Source of the DNA: Pseudodesulfovibrio mercurii
GTDB lineage: Bacteria; Desulfobacterota; Desulfovibrionia; Desulfovibrionales; Desulfovibrionaceae
NCBI RefSeq assembly: GCF_000189295.2
Contig: NC_016803.1
Location: forward strand, 2,910,001-2,942,000
DNA: 32,000 nt
Direction of reading: 5' to 3'
Shown: piece after piece, positions 22,612-30,527 of the stretch
How the letters are laid out: every line of letters starts with the position of its first letter
Position numbering within the stretch: position 1 is the first letter of the stretch
Notes under the pieces: model-generated
The model's input: only the letters and a program-made list of their open reading frames with translations
Databases searched by the model: none
What the model was told of the DNA's origin: nothing
Translations under genes and position numbers: made by a program

Positions 22612-22655
22612 CTGGGATCGAAAACAACGACGGATGTCGGAGGATTGCCATCACC

Positions 22656-23501
22656 ATGACCAGCCAGCTCAAAACCCTGCTCCTCCTCGGCCTGCTCACC
22701 GGCCTGCTCATGTCCCTGGGCGGCGCCATGGGCGGACGCGCGGGCCTGTTCCTGGCCTTCGGGTTCGCCATGCTCATGAACGTGGGCAGCTACTGGTACT
22801 CGGACAAGATCGTCCTGCGCATGTACAAGGCCCAGCCCCTGTCGCCGGGCGACGCCCCGCACATCCACCGGGTGGTCGGCGAGATGGCCCAGGCCGCGGG
22901 CATCCCCAAGCCGCGCATCGTGCTTATCCCCCAGGACGCGCCCAACGCCTTCGCCACGGGCCGCAACCCGCAGCACGCCGTGGTCGCGGTCACGCGCGGC
23001 ATCGTCAACATCCTGGACCCCGACGAACTGCGCGGAGTCCTCGCCCACGAGCTCGGCCACATCGTCAACCGCGACATCCTCATCCAGACCATCGCGGCCG
23101 TGCTGGCCGGGGCCATCGTGTTCATCGCCAACATGCTCCAGTTTACCGCCATCTTCGGCGGCTTCTCCCGCGACGACGAGGGCGGCAACCCCCTGGCCGC
23201 GCTGGCCATGGCCCTGCTCGCACCCATCGCCGCCACCCTGATCCAGATGGCCATCTCCCGGTCCCGCGAATACCTGGCCGACGCCACCGGCGCGCGCCTG
23301 TCCAACCCGAACGACCTGGCCGACGCCCTGTCCAAGCTCGACGCCGCCTCCCAGCGGATTCCGCTCCAGGGCAACCCGGTCACCGAAAACCTGTTCATCG
23401 TCAACCCGTTCAGCGGACGCAGGGCCGCGTCCCTGTTCGCCACCCACCCGCCCATCGAGGACCGCATCGCGCGCCTCCGGGCCATGGCCCAAGGCAGGTA
23501 G
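22656..23501 (+). CDS. htpX: Zinc metalloprotease HtpX (M48 family)
   Basis: Track ORF is 22464..23501. The likely start is ATG 22656 (MTSQLKTLLLLGLLTGLLMSLGG), with GGAGGA upstream. HEXXH motif AHELGHIVNRD. C-terminal FATHPPIEDRIARL. Confidence 0.9.
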   Translation: MTSQLKTLLLLGLLTGLLMSLGGAMGGRAGLFLAFGFAMLMNVGSYWYSDKIVLRMYKAQPLSPGDAPHIHRVVGEMAQAAGIPKPRIVLIPQDAPNAFATGRNPQHAVVAVTRGIVNILDPDELRGVLAHELGHIVNRDILIQTIAAVLAGAIVFIANMLQFTAIFGGFSRDDEGGNPLAALAMALLAPIAATLIQMAISRSREYLADATGARLSNPNDLADALSKLDAASQRIPLQGNPVTENLFIVNPFSGRRAASLFATHPPIEDRIARLRAMAQGR

Positions 23502-23502
23502 C

Positions 23503-24843
23503 ATGCGACCCGTTCCCCCCCTGCGTCTCTCCCTCTTCCTCCTCCTCTTCCTCGCGGCGGGCCTCGCCTACGCACCGGCCCGCGCCGCCGACCGCCGCAC
23601 CCCGGTGGTCCTGGCCGTGGAGGCGGTCAGCCCCTCGGTGGTCAACATCACCGTCACCTCCGAGGCCCGGCCCGGCACCGGCTCGCCCTTCGGCGATCCC
23701 TTGCTCGACCAGTTCTTCAAGGGGTTCTACGATCAGCGCCCCCGCCAGTCCCAGAGCCTCGGTTCGGGCGTGATCATCGACGGCAAGAAAGCCCTGGTCC
23801 TGACCAACGCCCACGTCATCGCCTCGGGCGGCGACATCGCCGTGCGCCTCAAGGACGGCCGCGAGTTCAAGGCCGACCTGGTCGGCTCGGACGCCGACTT
23901 CGACCTGGCCGTGCTCAAGCTCGAAAAGGCCGAGGACCTGCCCCAGGTGGCCATGGGCGACTCGGACGGCATCTTCATCGGCGAGACCGTCATCGCCATC
24001 GGCAACCCCTTCGGCTACTCCAACACCGTGACCACCGGCGTGGTCTCGGCCCTGAACCGGCCCATGAAGACCAACGGCGGGGCCTACGGCAGCTTCATCC
24101 AGACCGACGCGGCCATCAACCCCGGCAACTCCGGCGGTCCGCTCCTGAACATCAACGGCGAACTCATCGGCATCAACACCGCGATCCAGGCCCGGGCCGA
24201 GGGCATCGGCTTCGCCATCCCCATCAACAAGGCCAAGCACGTCATCGCCGAACTCCTCGACTCCGGCCACGTCGCGCCCATCTGGCTCGGCCTGTTCGGC
24301 CAGGACGTGGACCAGGCCGCGGCCCGCTACTTCGACCTCAAGAACCTCGACGGCATGCTCGTCACCGAGGTCTACCCCGGCACCCCGGCAGCCGACGCCC
24401 AGGTCAAGCCGGGCGACGTGGTCCTGTCCTTCAACGGCCGCACCCTGGCCGACAAGAGCGACTACCTGACCCGGTTGTTCAGCGTGACCAAGTCCGAATC
24501 CGTCAACCTCGTCACCCTGCGCGAAGGCCACACCATCCGGCTCCACCTCCGGCCCCAGGTCCTGGACAAGGCCATGGCGCTGAACCTCGTGCGCAGCCGC
24601 TGGGGCTTCGAGCTGGCCGACCGGCCCCAGGGACCGGGCGCGGAAGTGACCACCGTGGTCCCCGGCTCGGCCGCCGCCAAGCTCGGCCTCATGCAGGGCG
24701 ACATCATCCACCAGATCGGCAACCGCAGCCTGGCCTCGGGCATCGACCTGCTCAACGCCTTCCTGCGCAACCGCATGCAGAAAACGGTCATGATGCGCGT
24801 CCAGCGCGGGCGCAACCTCTACACCGTCCGAATGACCCTCTAG
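23503..24843 (+). CDS. htrA: Periplasmic serine endoprotease of the HtrA/DegP/DegQ family, with PDZ region
   Basis: Signal peptide MRPVPPLRLSLFLLLFLAAGLAYA. Catalytic triad blocks TNAHVI, DFDLAVLK and GNSGGPLLN. The start lies 1 nt after the htpX stop. Confidence 0.9.
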   Translation: MRPVPPLRLSLFLLLFLAAGLAYAPARAADRRTPVVLAVEAVSPSVVNITVTSEARPGTGSPFGDPLLDQFFKGFYDQRPRQSQSLGSGVIIDGKKALVLTNAHVIASGGDIAVRLKDGREFKADLVGSDADFDLAVLKLEKAEDLPQVAMGDSDGIFIGETVIAIGNPFGYSNTVTTGVVSALNRPMKTNGGAYGSFIQTDAAINPGNSGGPLLNINGELIGINTAIQARAEGIGFAIPINKAKHVIAELLDSGHVAPIWLGLFGQDVDQAAARYFDLKNLDGMLVTEVYPGTPAADAQVKPGDVVLSFNGRTLADKSDYLTRLFSVTKSESVNLVTLREGHTIRLHLRPQVLDKAMALNLVRSRWGFELADRPQGPGAEVTTVVPGSAAAKLGLMQGDIIHQIGNRSLASGIDLLNAFLRNRMQKTVMMRVQRGRNLYTVRMTL

Positions 24844-24929
24844 CAAGGAGCCTTCCCATTCCGGACCCTAGACGCTATTGGACCGACGCCTGCGCGGCCA
24901 AGACCTTCACCACCCCGTTCCGCCTGGAC

Positions 24930-25499
24930 GTGTTCACCGAACACGTGCCCGACCGCAACGCCCGCATCCTGGACTTCGGCTGCGGCTACGGCCGGATCAT
25001 GGCCGAACTGGCCAAGGCCGGATACGCCGACCTGACCGGCATCGATTTCTCCGAGCCGCTCATCCGGCGCGGCCTGGCCGAACACCCCGAACTCAACCTC
25101 CACGCCTACCCCGGCGGACCTCTGCCCTACGCAGACGACACCTTCGACGCCGCCCTCATGCTCGCCGTGTTCACCTGCATGACCGAGACCCGCGTCCAGG
25201 CCGAGGCCCTGCTCGAACTCAAACGCGTCCTCAAGCCCGGCGGCCTGCTCCACGTCAACGACTTCCTGCTCAACCGCGACCGCCGCAACCTCGACCGCTA
25301 CCAGCTCGGGCAACGGAAATACGGCCTCTACGGCGTCTTCGACGTGGACGACGGCGGCACCCTCCGGCACCACGACCGCAACCACATGGAAGCCCTCTTT
25401 TCCGGCTTCGAAACCCTCGTCTTCGAGGAAGTCGTCTACGAGACCATGCACGGCCACCAGTCGAACGGGTTTTATGCGGTCGTGAAAATGCCGGGGTAG
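24930..25499 (+). CDS. Class I SAM-dependent methyltransferase (minimal ORF from GTG; the true start is probably upstream, see findings)
   Basis: Motif I ILDFGCGYGR, post-I GIDFS, and LKPGGLL. With the GTG start, motif I would begin at residue 13, which is unusually close to the N-terminus. Confidence 0.8.
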   Translation: MFTEHVPDRNARILDFGCGYGRIMAELAKAGYADLTGIDFSEPLIRRGLAEHPELNLHAYPGGPLPYADDTFDAALMLAVFTCMTETRVQAEALLELKRVLKPGGLLHVNDFLLNRDRRNLDRYQLGQRKYGLYGVFDVDDGGTLRHHDRNHMEALFSGFETLVFEEVVYETMHGHQSNGFYAVVKMPG

Positions 25500-25511
25500 C
25501 GGCTTGGGGGG

Positions 25512-25526
25512 ATGCCTCCGGCGGCC
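25512..25526. repeat. REP-like motif ATGCCTCCGGCGGCC
   Basis: The GCCTCCGGCGG core recurs at 7326-7336, in inverted form at 26077-26089 and 26107-26119, and as a one-nt variant at 13844-13857. All copies are intergenic. Confidence 0.6.
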
Positions 25527-25710
25527 CCTACGGGGCGACCAGGGCGCTGCCCTATCGCTGCTGTCGACGGCTCTATGACCGAGCAAGCTCGGTCTAAGAC
25601 CCGACGCGGCCCCGCTTAAGGCCGAGGGCCTTGAGAATCCCATGTTCGCTGCGCTCAGGGGCGTGCGACGACGGAAGCCCCGCTCAGGGCGCCTTCCGCC
25701 GTGCCTGGGG

Positions 25711-25791
25711 GCGATTTCGGGCGGGGAAAACGGGTGGGCGAACGTGTGTCTTCGCGGAACAATTTCCGCCGTTTCCCCCGCCCAAAATCGC
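25711..25791. repeat. Long imperfect inverted repeat (about 23-bp arms) followed by a T-rich tail; possible distal terminator of the methyltransferase operon
   Basis: GCGATTTCGGGCGGGGAAAACGG (25711-25733) pairs with CCGTTTCCCCCGCCCAAAATCGC (25769-25791). It is followed by GGGGGTTTGTTT. Confidence 0.5.
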
Positions 25792-26048
25792 GGGGGTTTG
25801 TTTAAGAAGGGAACCGTTCGTTAAAAAGGACCGCTCTGCCGCCCTCTACCAACGCCGCAAAACCGGCTTGATGGGTTCCGCCTGAGCCCGCCAGCGGCGT
25901 TGGGCGGCGCGAACACTTCGGAACACTGCCAGGCCGCTCCCCGCCAATCCCTCCGCGAAGCAGCACGGTCTTCCCACCCCATCCAACCCGGCACATCCAC
26001 CCGCGTCCGCACGCTCCTGCCGCAGGCACACAAAAAGTTTGGGAGAGT

Positions 26049-26078
26049 CCAGAGAACCCTTTCCAAAGGGTTCTCTGG
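26049..26078. repeat. Perfect 14-bp-arm palindrome, CCAGAGAACCCTTT-CC-AAAGGGTTCTCTGG
   Basis: Read directly from the sequence. It is flanked on the left by TTTGGGAGAGT and on the right by GCCGCCGGAGGC motifs. Confidence 0.7.
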
Positions 26079-26119
26079 CCGCCGGAGGCGCCCGCCCGGC
26101 GAGGGCCCGCCGGAGGCAT
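26077..26119. repeat. Two inverted-orientation copies of the REP-like motif CCGCCGGAGGC
   Basis: GGCCGCCGGAGGC at 26077-26089 and CCGCCGGAGGCAT at 26107-26119. The second is the exact reverse complement of 25512-25524. Confidence 0.6.
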
Positions 26120-26154
26120 TCTCCGCTGGTTCGTCCTTGGCCCATCCGGCGAGC

Positions 26155-26192
26155 GCGAAAAAAGGGCTGCCCTTGTGAGGGCAGCCCTTTGG
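26155..26192 (-). terminator. Intrinsic terminator of ppiD
   Basis: A perfect 12-bp stem, AAAGGGCTGCCC (26161-26172) with GGGCAGCCCTTT (26179-26190). A T-run follows on the minus strand (complement of A6 at 26158-26163). Confidence 0.75.
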
Positions 26193-26214
26193 TGAGTCGG
26201 ATGGACCGGCCGCG

Positions 26215-28116
26215 TTATTTGAGGATGTCGGGCCGGGTGATGTCGATCTGGGCGTTTTTGCTCAGGTCGTCCATGAAGGCGGCCACGGCTTCGCGGCGGT
26301 AGTTTTGACCGGCCTGGGTGAGCCAGAACTGTTTCTGTTCCTCCCAGGTCTTTTCCGGGGCCGGGATGCGCTTGTTGAGCCGGGCCACGACGGCGCCGCC
26401 GCCGGGCATGGTGTAGACGAGCTTGAACCAGCCGTTGTCTTCGGCGTTGAAGGCGGCCTTGGTGAGCGGTTCGCTCTGGCCGAGTTCGGGGATATTGCCC
26501 TGGCGGTTGAACGGCCTGGAGGTCTTGATGCGCGCGGCGTACTGCTTGGCGGCGGCCTCGGCGTCGGGGCCGGTCAGGGCCGCATGGATCTTTTCGGCTT
26601 CCTGTCCGGCCAGTTCGGCGCCCTTCTGGTTTTCGAGGGTGTTGACGATGGTCTGGCGGACGAGGTTGAGGGCCATGATGGAGGGCGCGATGTCCTCGAC
26701 CTTTTCGACGAGCATGTAGCCGCCGTTGACGGCCACGGGGCTCTTGTAGGCCTGGCCGGGGGTGAGGCCGGACACGGCCTTGGCCGCGTCGGCGTTCATG
26801 CCGAAGGCCTGGCCCAGGAACTGGGCGGGCATGGGGTCGGTGGTCACGGTTTCGAGGCCGAGTTCGGAGGCGATGTCGGTCAGCGACATGCCGGACACGA
26901 GCCGGTCGGTGGCCTGGTCCAGGAGGTCGTTGGCCTGGTCGGAGGCCTTTTCCTCGGCCAGGCGGGCCTTGATCTCGTCCTTGGCCTCGTCAAAGGTCTT
27001 GGTGGTGCCTTCCTTCTTGTCCTCGACCATGATGATGTGCCAGCCGAACTGGGTCCGGACGGGTTCGGAAACCCCGCCCTTGTTCAGGGCGAAGGCGGCC
27101 TTTTCGAAGTCCGGGATCATGGCGCCCTTGCCGAACCAGCCCAGGTCGCCGCCGTTGGGGGCGCTGGGGCCGTCGGAATTTTTCTTGGCGAGTTCGGCGA
27201 AGTCCGCGCCCGCCTTGGCTTCCTGGTAGAGTTTGTCGATGCGCGCCTTGGCCTTTTCCTGGTCGGCCTGGGAGTCGGACTCCTTGACGGCCACGAGGAT
27301 GTGGCGGGCGTGGACCTGCGCGGGCTCTTCGAGGGAGTCCTTGTTGGCCGCGTAGTAGGCCTTGATCTCGTCGTCGGTGACGGTCTGGAACTTGGCCAGG
27401 CTGGCCGGGGTGAAGGCGAGGGTGCGCAGGGTCACCTGGGCCGGGATCTGGAAGCGGTCCTGGTTGGCCTGGTAGTAGGCCTCGATTTCGGTCTCGCCGA
27501 TCTTGATCTCGTTGCGGAAGTCGGTGGGCAGGACCTCGATGTAATCGATGGCGGCGGTTTCGCCGAGCCAGTCGAAGATCTGGCGGGCCTGGCTCTCGGA
27601 CAGGTCGGCGGGGACGCCCACGGCATCCTTGACCTTTTCCATGGTCAGGTCGCGGCGGTAGTTCTCCTCGAAGTCGCCGGGGGTCATGCGGATATCCCGC
27701 AGGGCGGTCTGGTAGCGCTGCTGGTCGAAGTTGCCGTTGGCGTCCTTGAAGGCGTCCACGGCGCCGATGCCTGCGGCCACTTCCTTGTCCGAGGCGCGGA
27801 TGCCGAGTTTGGCGGCCTCGCCCAGGAGGAGTTTCTGGCTGATCAGTTCACCCAGGACCATCTGCTTGAATTCGGGGGACCGGGTCTGCGCCGGGGGCAG
27901 GTCGGGGTTGGTCCGGCGGAGGTTTTCGGCCGCGCGCTGGTACATGGCCTCGTACTCGGCCCGGGTGATGGCCTGGCCGTTCACCGTGGCCACGGTCGGG
28001 TCGCCGGAGCTGTTCAGCCCGGACATGCCGAAGGCGAAGACAAAGACGATGATGATGATGGCGAAGAGGATCTTGACGATCCATCCGGACGCATTTTCGC
28101 GCATTACTTCTAACAT
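26215..28116 (-). CDS. ppiD: Membrane-anchored periplasmic chaperone / parvulin-type peptidyl-prolyl isomerase (PpiD-like), 633 aa
   Basis: N-terminal anchor IVKILFAIIIIVFVFAF. Parvulin domain HARHILV...GGDLGWFGKGAMIPDFEKAAFAL...GWHIIMVED. SD GGAG lies 6 nt before ATG 28116. Confidence 0.9.
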   Translation of the reverse strand: MLEVMRENASGWIVKILFAIIIIVFVFAFGMSGLNSSGDPTVATVNGQAITRAEYEAMYQRAAENLRRTNPDLPPAQTRSPEFKQMVLGELISQKLLLGEAAKLGIRASDKEVAAGIGAVDAFKDANGNFDQQRYQTALRDIRMTPGDFEENYRRDLTMEKVKDAVGVPADLSESQARQIFDWLGETAAIDYIEVLPTDFRNEIKIGETEIEAYYQANQDRFQIPAQVTLRTLAFTPASLAKFQTVTDDEIKAYYAANKDSLEEPAQVHARHILVAVKESDSQADQEKAKARIDKLYQEAKAGADFAELAKKNSDGPSAPNGGDLGWFGKGAMIPDFEKAAFALNKGGVSEPVRTQFGWHIIMVEDKKEGTTKTFDEAKDEIKARLAEEKASDQANDLLDQATDRLVSGMSLTDIASELGLETVTTDPMPAQFLGQAFGMNADAAKAVSGLTPGQAYKSPVAVNGGYMLVEKVEDIAPSIMALNLVRQTIVNTLENQKGAELAGQEAEKIHAALTGPDAEAAAKQYAARIKTSRPFNRQGNIPELGQSEPLTKAAFNAEDNGWFKLVYTMPGGGAVVARLNKRIPAPEKTWEEQKQFWLTQAGQNYRREAVAAFMDDLSKNAQIDITRPDILK

Positions 28117-28143
28117 TTTCGCTCCGATAGCTATGATGAACAG

Positions 28144-28170
28144 GGTGCCTCCCCGGTCGGGGGAGGCACC
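28144..28170 (-). other. Strong hairpin between the aconitase and ppiD genes, with no clear U-tract
   Basis: GGTGCCTCCCC (28144-28154) pairs with GGGGAGGCACC (28160-28170). It could be a processing/stability element or a weak terminator. Confidence 0.4.
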
Positions 28171-28182
28171 ATGGTGCCGGGC

Positions 28183-30105
28183 TTAGGATTTGCCTTCCCG
28201 AACGGCGTTCAGGAGGCCACCTGCCTGGATAATCTGTAGTTCCTTTTCGGTCAAATCATTTGTGACCGGGACGGTTACGCCGTTTCCGGCGACCATGTTC
28301 ACGGTCCCGCCGGGGGTGATCTCCGAGGCGGGGATGGTCAGGTCCGTGCCCTGTTCGAGCTTGTCGTAGTCGGCCGGATCGACCAGGAGCAGGGGCAGGA
28401 TGCCGAAGTTGATCAGGTTGGCCCGGTGGATGCGGGCTAAAGACTTGACCACCACGGCCTTGACGCCCAGGTGGCGCGGGCCGAGCGCCGCATGTTCGCG
28501 GCTGGAGCCCTGGCCGTAGTTCTCGCCGCCCAGGATGACGCCCTTGCCGTGCTCCTTCATGCGGGCGACGAACCCTTCGTCCACGCGGGAGAAGATGTAC
28601 TGGCTGATGGCCGGGATGTTGGAGCGCAGGGCGGTGATCTGCGCGCCCGCGGGCAGGATGTGGTCGGTGGTGATGTTGTCGCCGACCTTGAGCAGGACCT
28701 TGGCCTCAACGGTCTCGGGCAGGGGCTCGAAGTCCTCCAGGGCCACGATGTTGGGGCCGCGCAGGACCTCGACGGCGGAGCCGTCCTCGGGCGGGAAGAC
28801 GAACAGTTCGCGGATGGACGGCACGTCCTCGGGCAGGGTGACGCGCTCGGGCGCGGGACCCCAACCGGCCGGGTCGGTGAACTCGCCGTCCAGGGCCAGG
28901 CGCGCGGCGGTCTGGGCCGAGACCAGGAATATCTGGCCGTCCTGGGTGCCGGAGCGGCCCTCGAAGTTGCGGTTGAAGGTGCGCACGGACACGCCCGCCG
29001 AGATGGGCGAGCCGCCCATGCCGATGCACGGGCCGCAGGAACATTCGAGCAGGCGCGCGCCCGCGTCCAGCAGGGGTTCGATGAGCCCCTCGCGGGAGAG
29101 CATCTTGAGGACCTGCTTGGAGCCGGGGGAGATCATCAGGTCGGTCTCGGGCGGGGTGACGTGCCCGGCCAGGATCTGGGCGGTGTTCTTGAGGTCGGAG
29201 TAGGAGGAGTTGGTGCAGGAGCCGATGGCCACCTGGTCGATCTTCTTGCCTGCCAGGTCCTTGACCCTGCAGACCTGGTCCGGCATGTGCGGCTGGGCCA
29301 CCAGGGGCTCCAGGGCGGACAGGTCGATGGTGATGATCTCGTCGTACTCGGCGTCGGGGTCGGCGACCAGTTCGGTCCAGTCGTCGGCCCGGCCCATCTT
29401 GGTCAGGAAGTCGCGGGTGGTCTCGTCGGACGGGAAGATGGAGGTGGTCGCGCCCAGCTCCGCGCCCATGTTGGTGATGGTCGCGCGGTCCGGGACGGAC
29501 AGGGAGGCCACGCCGGGACCGGCGTACTCGAAGACCTTGCCCACGCCGCCCTTGACGGTCAGGCGGCGGAGCAGTTCGAGGATGACGTCCTTGCCCTGGG
29601 TCCAGCCGGTCAGCTCGCCGGTCAGTTCGACCTTGACGACCTTGGGCATGGGGATGAAGTACGGCTCGCCCGCCATGGCCAGGGCCACGGACAGGCCGCC
29701 CGCGCCCATGGCCATGGCGCCGATGCCGCCGGCCGTGGGGGTGTGGGAGTCCGAGCCGATGAGCGTGGCGCCGGGCTTGGCGAAGTTCTCCAGGTGCAGC
29801 TGGTGGCAGATGCCGGTGCCCGCGGGCGAGAAGACCGCGCCCGATTTGGCGGCCACGGTGCGCAGGAAGCGGTGGTCGTCGGGGTTGCGGAAGCCCATCT
29901 GCAGGGTGTTGTGGTCCACGTAGCTGACGGACAGGTCCGTGCGGACCCGGCCGATGCCGATGGCTTCGTACTGCAGCCAGGCCATGGTCCCGGTGGCGTC
30001 CTGGGTCAGGGTCTGGTCGATGCGCAGGCCGACCTCCCGTCCGGGGACCATTTCCCCGGAGACGAGGTGCTGCTCGATGATCTTGCGGGTGATGTTCTTG
30101 CCCAT
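28183..30105 (-). CDS. Aconitate hydratase (short, roughly 640-aa aconitase-family enzyme)
   Basis: MGKNITRKIIEQHLV...RIDQTLTQDATGT; IGSDSHT; Fe-S ligand blocks GSCTNSS and CGPCIGMG; swivel domain GENYGQGSSREHAA. SD AGGAGAG upstream. Confidence 0.9.
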   Translation of the reverse strand: MGKNITRKIIEQHLVSGEMVPGREVGLRIDQTLTQDATGTMAWLQYEAIGIGRVRTDLSVSYVDHNTLQMGFRNPDDHRFLRTVAAKSGAVFSPAGTGICHQLHLENFAKPGATLIGSDSHTPTAGGIGAMAMGAGGLSVALAMAGEPYFIPMPKVVKVELTGELTGWTQGKDVILELLRRLTVKGGVGKVFEYAGPGVASLSVPDRATITNMGAELGATTSIFPSDETTRDFLTKMGRADDWTELVADPDAEYDEIITIDLSALEPLVAQPHMPDQVCRVKDLAGKKIDQVAIGSCTNSSYSDLKNTAQILAGHVTPPETDLMISPGSKQVLKMLSREGLIEPLLDAGARLLECSCGPCIGMGGSPISAGVSVRTFNRNFEGRSGTQDGQIFLVSAQTAARLALDGEFTDPAGWGPAPERVTLPEDVPSIRELFVFPPEDGSAVEVLRGPNIVALEDFEPLPETVEAKVLLKVGDNITTDHILPAGAQITALRSNIPAISQYIFSRVDEGFVARMKEHGKGVILGGENYGQGSSREHAALGPRHLGVKAVVVKSLARIHRANLINFGILPLLLVDPADYDKLEQGTDLTIPASEITPGGTVNMVAGNGVTVPVTNDLTEKELQIIQAGGLLNAVREGKS

Positions 30106-30221
30106 GCTCTCTCCTAGAATACGTTGGGTCTCTCTCCAAGCCGTCCGGGCGCGCGGTCGCCGGGTCTCTCACCTCCCGGACGCCCCCGGTACGGGGTCAT
30201 CTGCTGCGATCGGCGCGGGGC

Positions 30222-30527
30222 TCAGAACAGGAAGCCGTTCTTGACGCCTTCCGAGGGTTCCATGTCCGTGATGCCGAGTTTGATGCGGTGAATCTTGTTG
30301 GTCCGGAACTGGATCTCCACGTCCAGGCGCAGCTTGTCCTGCTGGGCGCGGAAGATTTCCTCGTGGTGGTAGATGCCCGCCACGGGGTCCTCCGCGGCCA
30401 TGAGGTCGCGCACGGCCCGCTTGGTCTTTTCCAGTTCCAGGGTCAGCTGGGCAACCTCCGCCTCAAGGACGTCGATGTCGTCGCTCAGCCGTTTCTCACC
30501 GGATTTTGATTCGTCTGCGTGTGTCAT
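30222..30527 (-). CDS. Hypothetical 101-aa protein with a predicted coiled-coil N-terminal half
   Basis: ATG 30527 overlaps the upstream gene's end (30496) by 32 nt. DIDVLEAEVAQLTLELEKTKRAVRDL shows heptad-like character. I recognise no motif. The coding call rests on ORF length, position in the operon and non-repetitive composition. Confidence 0.5.
   Translation of the reverse strand: MTHADESKSGEKRLSDDIDVLEAEVAQLTLELEKTKRAVRDLMAAEDPVAGIYHHEEIFRAQQDKLRLDVEIQFRTNKIHRIKLGITDMEPSEGVKNGFLF

Noticed and set aside
25631-26302. Small ORFs in the 715-bp gap (25631-25885, 25642-25824, 25802-26119, 25821-26066, 25846-26145, 25900-26178, 26039-26302), and ORF 16083-16277.
   Set aside because: They are Arg/Gly/Pro/Ala-rich, overlap one another in several frames, have no SD sequences, and are composed of the palindromic repeat modules.
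3169-30117. Very long ORFs in alternative frames or on the opposite strand. Examples: 3169-6174 (+), 3449-6379 (-), 5598-7430 (-), 7996-12759 (+), 9041-13330 (-), 14522-16027 (-), 16518-18290 (-), 18492-21074 (+), 21214-22482 (+), 23410-24846 (-), 26305-28113 (+), 28471-30117 (+).
   Set aside because: Their translations are Arg/Gly/Pro/His/Asp-rich low-complexity strings with no recognisable motifs. Each one shadows a motif-rich gene in another frame. Scarcity of stop codons in off-frames is expected in DNA this GC-rich.
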